A stretch of DNA of 64,000 bases from Pseudomonadota bacterium (GTDB taxonomy: Bacteria > Pseudomonadota > Gammaproteobacteria > Acidiferrobacterales > UBA6901): the NCBI GenBank assembly GCA_027364845.1, contig DAHXOO010000007.1:12385-76384 (forward strand), given 5' to 3'. The notes beneath the pieces were generated by a model that did not search any database, was not told the origin of the DNA, and saw only the letters and a program-made list of their open reading frames with translations. The position numbers were made by a program, and so were the translations under genes. Shown here piece after piece: positions 52,282-61,942 of the stretch. The stretch's first letter is position 1, and each line of letters opens with the position of its first letter.

Positions 52282-53354
52282 GCGTCATAACTCCGCATCG
52301 CAAGTCCGCAACTGATCATAAGCGACGGAGCGTCATTGCTGAGCAGCTGTGGCTTGACGCGGGAGGACAGTGACATGCTGACAAACGGGTTGGCGATGGC
52401 GGTCGGCACGTTTATGCGCGCCGCGACCAGTTCGTCGATACCGGCAATCTGGGCGCAGCCACCGGCAAGCAGGACCTGATCCACGCTGTTGTAAGGGCTC
52501 GAAGAGTAGAAAAACTGCAGAGCGCGCATCACTTCCTGGCACATCGCTTCCATGAATGGCCGCAACACGTCGGTCTGGTAATTGTCAGGTAGCCCACCTT
52601 GCTTCTTCGCGAGGCCGGCTTCTTCGTACGAAAGACCGTAGCGGCGCTGGATTTCTTCGGTAAGCTGGCGGCCTCCAAAAGTGTGGTCGCGCGTGTACAC
52701 CGAGCGGTTGTCATGCATGATGTTGATGTTCGTGGTCGTCGCGCCGATATCAAGAACCGCCACGGTCTTTTCCATGCCTCCGCCGGGCATGTGCTTGGCG
52801 ATTAGGGTATAGGCATTTTCCATCGCGTAGGTTTCGATATCGATGACGACGGGCGTCAATCCCGCGCCTTGCGTCACCGCGAGGTAATCGTCCACGATTT
52901 CCTTACGACATGCAGCTACGAGCACGTTCACCTGCTCGGTACTGTTCTCAGCGGGACCGAGTATCTCCCAGTCCATGTTGACCTCATCCAGCGGATATGG
53001 GATGTAGCGATCAGCCTCCATTTCGAGCTGGGTCTGCATGTCCTGATCATTGAGGCCAGCCGGCATGTTGATAACCTTGCTGATCACGTGCGAGCCGGCA
53101 ACGGCCACGGCCACATGCTTGCACTTAGTTCCGGACCGTTTGATCGCACGCTGCATAGTCTGTGCGACCTGATCGACCTCGGTGATCGTATGCTCCACGA
53201 CGGCATTCTGGGGCAACGGCTCCACGGCATAACGCTCGACCCGAAAGTGGTCTCCGGACTTGCTCAGTTCAAGTATCTTGATCGACGACGCGCTGATATC
53301 CACACCGACAAGGGGTGGCTTTTTCTTAGCCAGCAAGCTTCCCAGCGAGGCCAA
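52278..53354 (-). CDS. pilM: Type IV pilus assembly ATPase-fold protein PilM
   Basis: Actin-like fold (VGVDISASSIKILEL, LDIGATTTNI). First gene of the pilMNOPQ operon, divergent from ponA. Confidence 0.9.
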   Translation of the reverse strand: MASLGSLLAKKKPPLVGVDISASSIKILELSKSGDHFRVERYAVEPLPQNAVVEHTITEVDQVAQTMQRAIKRSGTKCKHVAVAVAGSHVISKVINMPAGLNDQDMQTQLEMEADRYIPYPLDEVNMDWEILGPAENSTEQVNVLVAACRKEIVDDYLAVTQGAGLTPVVIDIETYAMENAYTLIAKHMPGGGMEKTVAVLDIGATTTNINIMHDNRSVYTRDHTFGGRQLTEEIQRRYGLSYEEAGLAKKQGGLPDNYQTDVLRPFMEAMCQEVMRALQFFYSSSPYNSVDQVLLAGGCAQIAGIDELVAARINVPTAIANPFVSMSLSSRVKPQLLSNDAPSLMISCGLAMRSYDA

Positions 53355-53457
53355 TTTTTTCTCTCTTTTTCCAGTAAGTTAGACAGGATAGATATAATTT
53401 TGGTTTAAATGCTACCCCCAAATATAGACGATGGCGCAGGGAAATGACAAATTTCTG

Positions 53458-53486
53458 TTGGGCATGCGGGCCTATCGTTCTATACT
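53458..53486 (+). promoter_or_regulatory. Candidate sigma70 promoter for ponA
   Basis: TTGGGC, a 17-nt spacer and TATACT, read directly, about 60 nt upstream of the ponA ATG in an AT-rich divergent region. Confidence 0.3.
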
Positions 53487-53547
53487 GGTATCTATCCTTC
53501 TAAAGCTTATAGACCAGATCCGAAGTAGTAAGAAGTATTAGCACGCG

Positions 53548-56085
53548 ATGACCACCCCCAGAAGTCCACTCGCCCGGCTTAGAAGGACCGCACATCTTCC
53601 CGACAAGCCCTGGCAGCTGGCCCTGATTGCCGTTAGCGGGCTGTTCGCAGCCGGCGTCTTGATGCTGGCCTTGGTCGCCCTGGTGCTCACTCCCACCTTG
53701 CCGTCCGTCAGCGGGCTCCGCAAAGAGCAACTCAAGGTTCCGATGCGTGTCTACACCGCCGGCGGGACCTTGATCGCTGAGTTTGGTGCGGAAAAGCGGA
53801 TCCCGGTGACGTTCACGCAGATCCCGCCACTGCTCATCCACGCAATCCTGTCCGCGGAGGACGAGTCTTTCTACTACCACGAGGGTATTGATTTTGAAGG
53901 GATCGTACGCGCCGCCTGGGCCGACCTGCGCTCGGGACATCGGGGACAGGGGGCGAGCACGATCACGATGCAGGTCGCGCGCAACTACTTCCTGAGCCCG
54001 AAGAAGACCTACACGCGCAAGCTGAAGGAAATGCTGCTCGCCCTGAAGATCGAGCGCGAGTACACCAAGGACGAGATCCTCGACCTTTACGTGAACAAGA
54101 TTTACCTGGGCAACCACGCCTATGGGTTTGCTGCAGCCGCGCAGGTCTATTTCGGCAAGACGCTTAGCCAAATTACCCTGCCGGAGGCGGCCATGCTCGC
54201 CGGCCTGCCACAGGCGCCGTCACGCGATAATCCCTTCAACAGTCACGGGGATGCGCGCGCACGGCGCGCCTACGTGCTGGGACGCATGCTCAAACTCGGA
54301 TTCATTAACCGCGCGACCTACGACACCGCCGTGGCGAGTCCTCTTCCCTCGGCGCCTTCGTCCAAAGGGTATAGCGTTCAGGCGCCCTATGTCGCGGAGA
54401 TGGTGCGCCAATACATGTATCAGCACTACGCAGCGAAAAGCTACGCAAAGGGCTACAACGTCTACACAACCATACGGGCAAAGGACCAGGAAGCTGCAAA
54501 CCGTGCGCTGCAGAAGGGGCTCCTGGCCTACGATCGACGCCATGGCTATCGCGGTCCGGCCGGCCACGCACCCATCGGTGCCGACCCGAGCACGGGACAA
54601 CTCGACCAGATACTGAAAGACTATCCGATCGTGGGACCACTCATGCCTGCGATCGTAACGCGGGTCGATGACCAGGCAGCGGCCGTATACACCCAGAACG
54701 GAAAGAACATTACGCTGGACTGGACGGGCTTATCCTGGGCCAAGCGTTACATCAGCGTCAACACGCAGGGGCCGCCTCCACAGCACGCCGGGGACGTCGT
54801 GCGTGTGGGCGACATCATTTATGTCCAACCGCTTCACAGCGGAGCCTGGCGGATAGCCGAAGTTCCCAGCGTCTCCGGCGCCCTGGTCTCGCTGGACCCG
54901 AACGACGGAGCAATCCTCGCCCTGACTGGCGGGTTTGACTTCTACCAGAGCAGCTTCAACCGGGTGACACAGGCCGAACGCCAGCCTGGTTCCAGTTTCA
55001 AGCCGTTCGTTTACTGCGCCGCCCTGGACAAAGGCTTCACGGCGGCCAGCGTGGTGAGCGGGGCGCCTATCGTCGTGCCGGACGCAAATCAGGGGGCAAC
55101 GTGGCGGCCCGAAAACTACGAGCGCAACTTCGTCGGCCCAACGCGCCTGCGCAAGGCCCTGGCCCTGTCGCTGAACCTCGTGTCGATAAGGCTGTTGCGC
55201 GCGATCACACCGGGTTACGCGGTCCAATACCTGGCCCGTTTTGGTTTCGACCCAGCGACGCTGCCCGACAGCTTATCTCTGGTCCTGGGCTCAGCCTCGG
55301 TCACCCCGCTGCAGATGGTCACGGCCTATGCGGTATTTGCCAACAGCGGCTACCGGGTCAAACCGCATTTCATCTTGCGCATTGAGGACGAGGACCACCA
55401 CGTCCTCGAACAGGCCAATCCTCCAGTGGTGTGCGATGCCCACGACCATACCAATGCCGCACGCGACGGTGGTGGCGGGGCGCCTCCTGCCTGTCCGACG
55501 CCGCAGCCGCCGACCCCCCTGGCCCGATCGACTGTGCCAGGCACGCTTTCAGATGCGGCCGGTCCTGCAACGACGGCCCCGACCCAATGGGCACAGCGCG
55601 TGATCAGTGCCGACGACGCCTTCGTCATGACGAGCATGATGCACAGCGTGATCACCTCCGGCACCGGGCAGGGCGCCCTGGCGTTGGGACGCAAGGACCT
55701 CGCCGGAAAGACCGGAACCACCAATGATCAGCGCGATGCATGGTTTTCGGGATTTAACCCTCATGTGGTCACCACTGCGTGGGTCGGCTTTGATCAGCCA
55801 GCACCGCTCGGCCGTGGCGAGGTGGGTGCCCGCGCGGCGCTGCCCATCTGGGTCGATTACATGCGCACAGCGCTGGCCGGCTACCCGCAAGAGCCTCTGA
55901 TTTCCCCGCCGGGCATCGTCACAGCCATGATCAATCGCGATACCGGCGAGTTGGCCAGTCCGACCGATCCGAAGGCCATGCAGGAGTATTTCGTCCAAGG
56001 CACTGTACCCAAGGCGGGAGTCAGCCTGGATGTCACCACTCCCGGCACACCACCGCCGGAAAGCGTCCGCCAGGGACTATTCTGA
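53548..56085 (+). CDS. mrcA: Penicillin-binding protein 1A (bifunctional glycosyltransferase/transpeptidase)
   Basis: GT51 motifs (EDESFYYHEGIDF, GASTITMQVARN, RKLKE) and transpeptidase motifs (SSFKPF, KTGTTN). Confidence 0.92.
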   Translation: MTTPRSPLARLRRTAHLPDKPWQLALIAVSGLFAAGVLMLALVALVLTPTLPSVSGLRKEQLKVPMRVYTAGGTLIAEFGAEKRIPVTFTQIPPLLIHAILSAEDESFYYHEGIDFEGIVRAAWADLRSGHRGQGASTITMQVARNYFLSPKKTYTRKLKEMLLALKIEREYTKDEILDLYVNKIYLGNHAYGFAAAAQVYFGKTLSQITLPEAAMLAGLPQAPSRDNPFNSHGDARARRAYVLGRMLKLGFINRATYDTAVASPLPSAPSSKGYSVQAPYVAEMVRQYMYQHYAAKSYAKGYNVYTTIRAKDQEAANRALQKGLLAYDRRHGYRGPAGHAPIGADPSTGQLDQILKDYPIVGPLMPAIVTRVDDQAAAVYTQNGKNITLDWTGLSWAKRYISVNTQGPPPQHAGDVVRVGDIIYVQPLHSGAWRIAEVPSVSGALVSLDPNDGAILALTGGFDFYQSSFNRVTQAERQPGSSFKPFVYCAALDKGFTAASVVSGAPIVVPDANQGATWRPENYERNFVGPTRLRKALALSLNLVSIRLLRAITPGYAVQYLARFGFDPATLPDSLSLVLGSASVTPLQMVTAYAVFANSGYRVKPHFILRIEDEDHHVLEQANPPVVCDAHDHTNAARDGGGGAPPACPTPQPPTPLARSTVPGTLSDAAGPATTAPTQWAQRVISADDAFVMTSMMHSVITSGTGQGALALGRKDLAGKTGTTNDQRDAWFSGFNPHVVTTAWVGFDQPAPLGRGEVGARAALPIWVDYMRTALAGYPQEPLISPPGIVTAMINRDTGELASPTDPKAMQEYFVQGTVPKAGVSLDVTTPGTPPPESVRQGLF

Positions 56086-56780
56086 TGCATCACAAATCTG
56101 GCCCGTCGACACGACGGGCACGCCATCGTGGCCGGTCCGAGGACATTGCACGCCGGGCAGGGCCACGCGGCACGGAGCAGATCCGGCAGCACATCTGCAC
56201 CGAGGCGGCGCGCATCATGGCCGAAGAGGGCGTCACGGATTTTCACGCTGCCAAGCGCAAAGCCGCGAACCGCCTGAATCAGTCGGAGACACGCTATCTG
56301 CCCTCTAACCACGAGGTGGATACCGCGCTGAATGCCTACCTGCAGCTGTTTCATGCCGACCGCGTTTCAGCGGCCCTGGTCGAACTCCGCCGGCTGGCTG
56401 TGGAAGCAATGCGCTTTCTCGCATCATACGAGCCGCGCCTCGTCGGCGCAGTCCTGAGTGGCAATGTAACGCCTTTCTCCGAGATCCAGCTGCACCTGAA
56501 CGCGTACACTCCTGAGGAAATCGCCTTTCTGCTGCAGGAACACCATATTCCCTGCGAAGAATCCAGCCGTCGCATCCGCTTTGGCGGAGAGCGCTACGAA
56601 GTCCACCCGACCTTTCGGTTTCTCGTGGATACCACCGTCGTGGAGTTGATCGTGTTCACACCGGAGGGCGGGCGCGAGGCGCCATTGAGCCCCGTGGACG
56701 GAAAACCCATGCATCGCGCCAATCTGCGCGAAGTGGAGATGCTACTCTCCAGCTCCCGGCCATCGAATCCGGTTGCTTGA
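56085..56780 (+). CDS. Conserved hypothetical protein with an Arg-rich N-terminus, translationally coupled to ponA
   Basis: The ATG overlaps the ponA TGA (TGATG). Protein-like composition, with AARIMAEEGVTDFHAAKRKAANRL and LVGAVLSGNVTPFSEIQLHL segments. No confident family assignment. Confidence 0.6.
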   Translation: MHHKSGPSTRRARHRGRSEDIARRAGPRGTEQIRQHICTEAARIMAEEGVTDFHAAKRKAANRLNQSETRYLPSNHEVDTALNAYLQLFHADRVSAALVELRRLAVEAMRFLASYEPRLVGAVLSGNVTPFSEIQLHLNAYTPEEIAFLLQEHHIPCEESSRRIRFGGERYEVHPTFRFLVDTTVVELIVFTPEGGREAPLSPVDGKPMHRANLREVEMLLSSSRPSNPVA

Positions 56781-57094
56781 GCCGGACACTTCGCAGTCGT
56801 TCCCCTCGCGGGTTTGGGCCGTGTTGTTGCCTTGCCAAGTTTCTGTGGATCAACTACAGTAATTTTTCAAGGGCTTACTAAAATAAGCTGAGAAAAACTA
56901 TGATGATGATGCGCCTCGCCAGGGGCCGTTTGTCGTGATCCCGCACGGAAACGTGATTCCTGGACTATACATTTCACAGACGCGCGGAGGTGGCGGGCTC
57001 AAGGTCACCGCGAGCCGCAGTCAATGATTGCGCCGGAAATCCATGCAGTTATTTCAAAGAGACATCGATGTTTGAAGGATCAGGAGCGGCTATA

Positions 57095-57598
57095 ATGACA
57101 CTGAGACGTTCACTCACTGGGCTGCTGTGCCTCGTGTTTCCTTTGGTCATATCCGGTTGTGGCGGGGGCAACGCCCCTCCCCCGAGCGGCAGCATGACCA
57201 TATCGCCGCCGTCCACGTCATGGACCGTCGGTGCAACAAATCCTCCTGTTTATGAAATGCAGTTCCAGCCGTTCCTGGTCGTAGTCAAGGACGCCAATGG
57301 AATCCCGTTGAAGGGGGTCAGCGTCATACTATCCCTGGGCCTGTCGGCGGGCACGTCGACCAACGCGCTCATGACCATTTATCTCACCGATCCGACGACC
57401 GGTCAACCGACCACCCCGATTACGACTCCCACCGACGTGACAACCAACAGTTCCGGCACGATCAACCTGTGGGTGGGAATGGAGACAGGCGGTACGTTGA
57501 ATTACAGCGGCAATCTCTTCGTCTACAGCGGAGCGCTGCAAACAAGTGCGTCGCTGAGCGTGGTCTGCAAGGCCGGGACGTCTGTACCCTGTAGCTAG
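57095..57598 (+). CDS. Predicted lipoprotein with an Ig-like (Big_1-like) domain
   Basis: CAGGAG RBS upstream of the Met at 57095 and a lipobox LVISGCGG. VVVKDANGIPLKGVSVIL resembles bacterial Ig-like domains. Thr/Pro-rich. Confidence 0.6.
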   Translation: MTLRRSLTGLLCLVFPLVISGCGGGNAPPPSGSMTISPPSTSWTVGATNPPVYEMQFQPFLVVVKDANGIPLKGVSVILSLGLSAGTSTNALMTIYLTDPTTGQPTTPITTPTDVTTNSSGTINLWVGMETGGTLNYSGNLFVYSGALQTSASLSVVCKAGTSVPCS

Positions 57599-57853
57599 CC
57601 GGTCGGCAGCACCGAAAGTAAAGTAGGACTGCATCTGATCGTGGGGCGGCCGGCGACGCTGGCCGCTTCAGCTTGACCTACGCTCCAGTTGAGTTGACCG
57701 GAGCCCGACTGACGAACGCGCTGCGCTGCGCCGTCTGGTGTTGGGCGGCCGGAGATTCTGGCTACGAAGCACAAATAATCCGCAGATTCCAAGTGTATTC
57801 GTCGCGACCCTGGACGTTCCAAACCGGAATCAAAAGTCTTATGCCGATGGATC

Positions 57854-58633
57854 ATGGCGACAACTAAAGAATCCCAATCGGGCACCCGCCCGGTCACACC
57901 GACAAGCCAAAAGCATGAAGTCACGGTGCTTTCCGTGTCTCTGCGCGGATTCGCGCGTTTGGCGGAAAGCGCGCCGGCAGCTGATCTCATAGCGTTTTTC
58001 AGAGCCTATGTCGGCCAGCTGGAGGCGGTGGCAGCAACCCACGGTGGTCAGTTCCTGCGGTCTCTGGGCGATACCGTAGTTTGGGTGCACGGCATGGCGC
58101 AGGCGGATCACGCCGTGCGCGCCTGTCACACAGCGATCGAACTGGTGCACCGGGCCCATCTGCTCCAAACCCAGTCGCCCACGAATACCCTGCCGCCGCT
58201 GGACATCGACATCGGAATCAGCACCGGCCCAGTGGTAACCTGCGGCACCGGCGCCGACTTCGCGGTCATCGGCGATGTGGTTGAGTTCGCCGCACACCTG
58301 CGGTCGCTGAATACCACCTATGGTACTCATGTGCTGTTGAGCGAGCCGACCTGGCGTGAAGCCAGGAAATCCTTTTCCAACTTTCGCGAGATCGATGTGC
58401 GGCAGATCCACGGCCGACCCGAGCCGGTTCGGCTCTATGAGCTGATGCTGCCACGGCATTATGCCGAACTGGGCTGGGTTGCGGAGTTCAGCCGCGGTTA
58501 CGACCTGTACCACGCCGGCCTGCGGCCCCAGGCGCGCCTCGTATTCCAGCACCTGGCGGAGCACGTCAACGACCCGGTGAGCCGCTGTCTCCTGGAACGC
58601 TGCTCCGCTTTACGGCGGCGCCGGGACGACTGA
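57854..58633 (+). CDS. Standalone class III nucleotidyl cyclase homology domain protein with substituted catalytic residues
   Basis: The CHD pattern VTVLSVSLRGFA...LRSLGDTVV...IGISTGPVV...VIGDVVEFAAHLRS aligns by eye to the class III consensus, with substitutions at key positions. Confidence 0.75.
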   Translation: MATTKESQSGTRPVTPTSQKHEVTVLSVSLRGFARLAESAPAADLIAFFRAYVGQLEAVAATHGGQFLRSLGDTVVWVHGMAQADHAVRACHTAIELVHRAHLLQTQSPTNTLPPLDIDIGISTGPVVTCGTGADFAVIGDVVEFAAHLRSLNTTYGTHVLLSEPTWREARKSFSNFREIDVRQIHGRPEPVRLYELMLPRHYAELGWVAEFSRGYDLYHAGLRPQARLVFQHLAEHVNDPVSRCLLERCSALRRRRDD

Positions 58634-58876
58634 GCCCGGGACGGCCGTTGCGCAACTGACGACGGAAGAAACCCGTTAAGGATCACCGCCAGCAAGTCTT
58701 TAAGGTCAAAACGACACTGTCCCGGCGGCGCGCCCTTACACCAAAGAACGTCGTCGAGCCACTGAAAATCTGATTCTAAGGCATGCCCCGGAAAATGGCG
58801 GTCTACACCGCGCCGGACAAGGCATCGACCTATCCCCAGCAACCACTGCTTCTCGCTCCGCGCCGGCACAGGTAAA

Positions 58877-60682
58877 ATGCGGCGCCACGACGCAATGGCG
58901 TCGCCACCACCAGGCACGACTTTGAAAGAGCACATCAACGATCTTCTGGCGCAGGCCGTGCGAGAGCTCCAGACCAACGGCACGCTGCCCCCGGAACTCG
59001 ATTACGTCAACGAGTCGGAACATTCGCGCAATCCGCAGCACGGGGACTTCGCGAGCAATATTGCGCTCGGCCTGGCGCGCAGCGCCGGCATCAAACCGCG
59101 TGAACTTGCAGGGAAGATCGTTGCCGCGCTACCGGTGTCCGACCTTATAGCACGCGTTGAGATTGCCGGACCAGGGTTCATTAATTTTTTCCTGGCACCC
59201 AATGCCCACCAAGACGTGGTGAACCGCATAATGGATGCCGGCGAGGCGTACGGGCGGTCGACGGTCGGCAATGGCCGCCGGGTGCAGGTGGAATTCGTTT
59301 CTGCCAATCCCACCGGCCCGTTGCATGTCGGTCACGGGCGCGGCGCTGCCTATGGCGCAGCGGTGGCGGACCTGCTGGCGGCGGCAGGTTTCCAGGTACA
59401 TCGCGAATACTATGTCAACGACGCCGGCCGGCAGATGGACATTCTTGCCACGAGCGTTTGGCTACGCTATCTCGAGCTTTGCGGCGAACAATTCACTTTC
59501 CCAAGCAACGGCTACAAAGGTGACTACATTTTTGACATCGCGGCTACGCTACATCGCGAAAACGGCGACGCCTTGCGCCAGACTGCGGCCACGGTCTTCG
59601 AAGACATTCCGCCCGACGAGCCCCTGGGCGGCGACAAGGAGACGCACATCGATGCACTAATCGAGCGTGCCAGATCCCTGCTGGGCGCACAACGGTACCG
59701 CAAGGTCTTTGATCAGGGCCTGGCCGTGATTCTGGACGACATACGCCAGGACCTCGAGGAGTTCGGGGTGGTGTACGAGGAATGGTACTCCGAACGCTCC
59801 CTGACGGAGCGTGGCCTGGTAGACCGGGCAATCGAGCGGCTGAAGCACAGCGGCCATGTCTACGAGAAGGACGGTGCATTGTGGTTCCGTTCCACCGACT
59901 ATGGTGACGAAAAAGACCGCGTCATCGTGCGCGAAAACGGCCAGAAAACCTACTTTGCCTCCGATATCGCGTATCACCTGGACAAGATGGAACGCGGATT
60001 CGAGCGTGTAATCGACATCTGGGGAGCTGATCACCACGGTTATGTTCCGCGGGTCAAGGCGGCCCTGTCCGCGCTCGGCCGGGATCCGTCGAAGCTCGAC
60101 GTGCTTCTCGTGCAGTTCGCAATTCTGTATCGCGGCGGGGAGAAAGCCCAGATGTCTACCCGCAGCGGCGAATTCGTTACGCTGCGCGCCTTGCGCCATG
60201 AGGTGGGCAACGACGCCGCGCGCTTTTTCTATATTTTGCGCAAGTGCGAGCAACACATGGATTTTGATCTCGATCTTGCCAAGTCCCAGTCAAGCGACAA
60301 TCCGGTCTATTACCTGCAGTACGCGCATGCAAGAATATGCAGCGTGCTGCGGCTGGTCGTCGAGAAGGGGTTGACGCGCGAGCGCGAGCGCGGCCGCCGC
60401 AACCTTAGCCTACTCAGAGAACCGCACGAGCAGGCCCTGCTCGCGTGTTTGGCGCGCTATCCCGAGGTCATCGAAGCGGCGGCCTTGAGCTATGAACCGC
60501 ATCTGCTGGCGTATTATCTGCGCGAGCTTGCAAACGGCTTTCACGCGTATTACAACGCGCATGTTTTTTTGGTCGAGCTGGACAACCTTCGCGACGCACG
60601 GCTGAACCTCATCGACGCCGCGCGTCAGGTGCTGGCCAACGGGCTCGGACTTCTGGGCGTCTCAGCTCCGCAGGCAATGTAG
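58877..60682 (+). CDS. argS: Arginine--tRNA ligase
   Basis: Class I HIGH-type motif ([15 protein letters not shown]) and KMSK-like QMSTRSG. The true start may be Met at 58895 or TTG at 58922 (LKEHINDLL). Confidence 0.92.
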   Translation: MRRHDAMASPPPGTTLKEHINDLLAQAVRELQTNGTLPPELDYVNESEHSRNPQHGDFASNIALGLARSAGIKPRELAGKIVAALPVSDLIARVEIAGPGFINFFLAPNAHQDVVNRIMDAGEAYGRSTVGNGRRVQVEFVSANPTGPLHVGHGRGAAYGAAVADLLAAAGFQVHREYYVNDAGRQMDILATSVWLRYLELCGEQFTFPSNGYKGDYIFDIAATLHRENGDALRQTAATVFEDIPPDEPLGGDKETHIDALIERARSLLGAQRYRKVFDQGLAVILDDIRQDLEEFGVVYEEWYSERSLTERGLVDRAIERLKHSGHVYEKDGALWFRSTDYGDEKDRVIVRENGQKTYFASDIAYHLDKMERGFERVIDIWGADHHGYVPRVKAALSALGRDPSKLDVLLVQFAILYRGGEKAQMSTRSGEFVTLRALRHEVGNDAARFFYILRKCEQHMDFDLDLAKSQSSDNPVYYLQYAHARICSVLRLVVEKGLTRERERGRRNLSLLREPHEQALLACLARYPEVIEAAALSYEPHLLAYYLRELANGFHAYYNAHVFLVELDNLRDARLNLIDAARQVLANGLGLLGVSAPQAM

Positions 60683-60691
60683 AGGACCCTC

Positions 60692-61276
60692 ATGGCACAA
60701 CAGACCCGGCGCACGACAGCGCGACACCGCAACCGCGAGGCCCGCTTCAGCTGGCGGCTACTGCTAATCGGATTCGCCCTGGGCCTGGCGGTCATGTGGG
60801 CGGTTCAGCACATGCTGAACGGCGGGCGTCTGACCGGTCTGCGGAAATTTTTCGCGCACCACCCGACGGCAAATGCGCCGGCCCAACCACCCGCCGCGGC
60901 AGCGCCGGCCCTGCCCAAGCCGACGTTCGATTTCTATACGATCCTGCCCGAGGTCGGTAGCGGAATGCCTGAAGCAGCACGGCGCAGCAGCGCCAGGAGC
61001 GCGAACCCAGAGTCTCCAGGAAAAGGGGTGCGCTACATACTACAGGCCGCGGCTTATACCAACAGCCACGACGCCGACCATCTGCGCGCCCGGCTTGCCC
61101 TCAGCGGGATCGAATCATACACAGAGAAAGTCAGCGTTGAAGGCCGGGGCTCCTATTACCGTGTGCGCCTCGGACCGTTTGCCAGCATGGCAGCGATGGC
61201 TTCTGTAGACCACAGGCTTGCACGGCTCGGCATCAGGGCCATACCACTGAAGGTAAAGGCCGCACCGCGGACCTGA
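60692..61276 (+). CDS. SPOR-domain cell-division protein (FtsN-like)
   Basis: N-terminal basic region plus a TM helix, a Pro/Ala linker and a C-terminal SPOR domain (YILQAAAYTNSHDADHLRARL...YYRVRLGPF). The position after argS matches Pseudomonas synteny. Confidence 0.75.
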   Translation: MAQQTRRTTARHRNREARFSWRLLLIGFALGLAVMWAVQHMLNGGRLTGLRKFFAHHPTANAPAQPPAAAAPALPKPTFDFYTILPEVGSGMPEAARRSSARSANPESPGKGVRYILQAAAYTNSHDADHLRARLALSGIESYTEKVSVEGRGSYYRVRLGPFASMAAMASVDHRLARLGIRAIPLKVKAAPRT

Positions 61277-61501
61277 GCGCCCGGACAAAGTCCGGGTTGC
61301 ACGGTGGCACAACCGCCGTGCAGAAAAAATTTCTCCGGCCCCGAAAACAAATTGCATTGCGCGATAAACCCTCCTATCATGCGCCGCGTTTTCCACGGCA
61401 CCGATGGCGACTCAGCTGACCGGGGGTGCACGGGAGCTACTTCAGCCGAAACTGCCACAGACGCCAGTTTCGGGGTTTCAAACTTCTTGGGGAGCTTACC
61501 C

Positions 61502-61885
61502 ATGCGCTCATTGGGGCATCAGATCGTAGCGGAGTTCTATTCGTGCAACCGCGAGATCTTGAACGACGTCGATTTCGTCAGAAACGCCATGCTGGAAGCC
61601 GCGCGCAAGGCCGGCGCCACCATCGTCACGGAAGCCTTCCACCACTTTTCGCCGCATGGTGTCTCAGGTGCCGTCATCATCGCCGAGAGCCATCTGGCAG
61701 TCCATACTTGGCCCGAGTTTGGCTATGCCGCAGTAGATCTGTTCACCTGCGGTGACAGCGTTTCTTCGGAGATCGGATTCAACTACCTGCGCCAGGCGAT
61801 CCAGGCCGGTCACGTGTCCACAATGGAACTGCACCGCGGCCAAGTAGACATGATGGGCGCGGCACGCGATCCCGTTGCCGCCTAA
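61502..61885 (+). CDS. speD: S-adenosylmethionine decarboxylase proenzyme (small SpeH/SpeD type)
   Basis: From the internal Met after a GGGGAG RBS: the IIAESHLAVHTWPEFGYAAVDLFTCGD self-processing motif. Confidence 0.85.
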   Translation: MRSLGHQIVAEFYSCNREILNDVDFVRNAMLEAARKAGATIVTEAFHHFSPHGVSGAVIIAESHLAVHTWPEFGYAAVDLFTCGDSVSSEIGFNYLRQAIQAGHVSTMELHRGQVDMMGAARDPVAA

Positions 61886-61942
61886 GGCGCTGAAGCTTGT
61901 GAGCGCCCGATCAATGTCAACTATGCGCACAGTTGACGCAGC

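Noticed and set aside
55426-55600. Pro/Ala/Gly-rich low-complexity insertion in the PBP1A transpeptidase domain
   Set aside because: As I recall it, E. coli PBP1A has a comparable variable insertion at the same position, before KTGTTN. It is therefore a family feature rather than an anomaly.
56900-56938. 12-codon mini-ORF MMMMRLARGRLS upstream of the lipoprotein gene as a possible leader peptide
   Set aside because: There is no RBS, no associated terminator/antiterminator structure, and no link between Met codons and the downstream gene.
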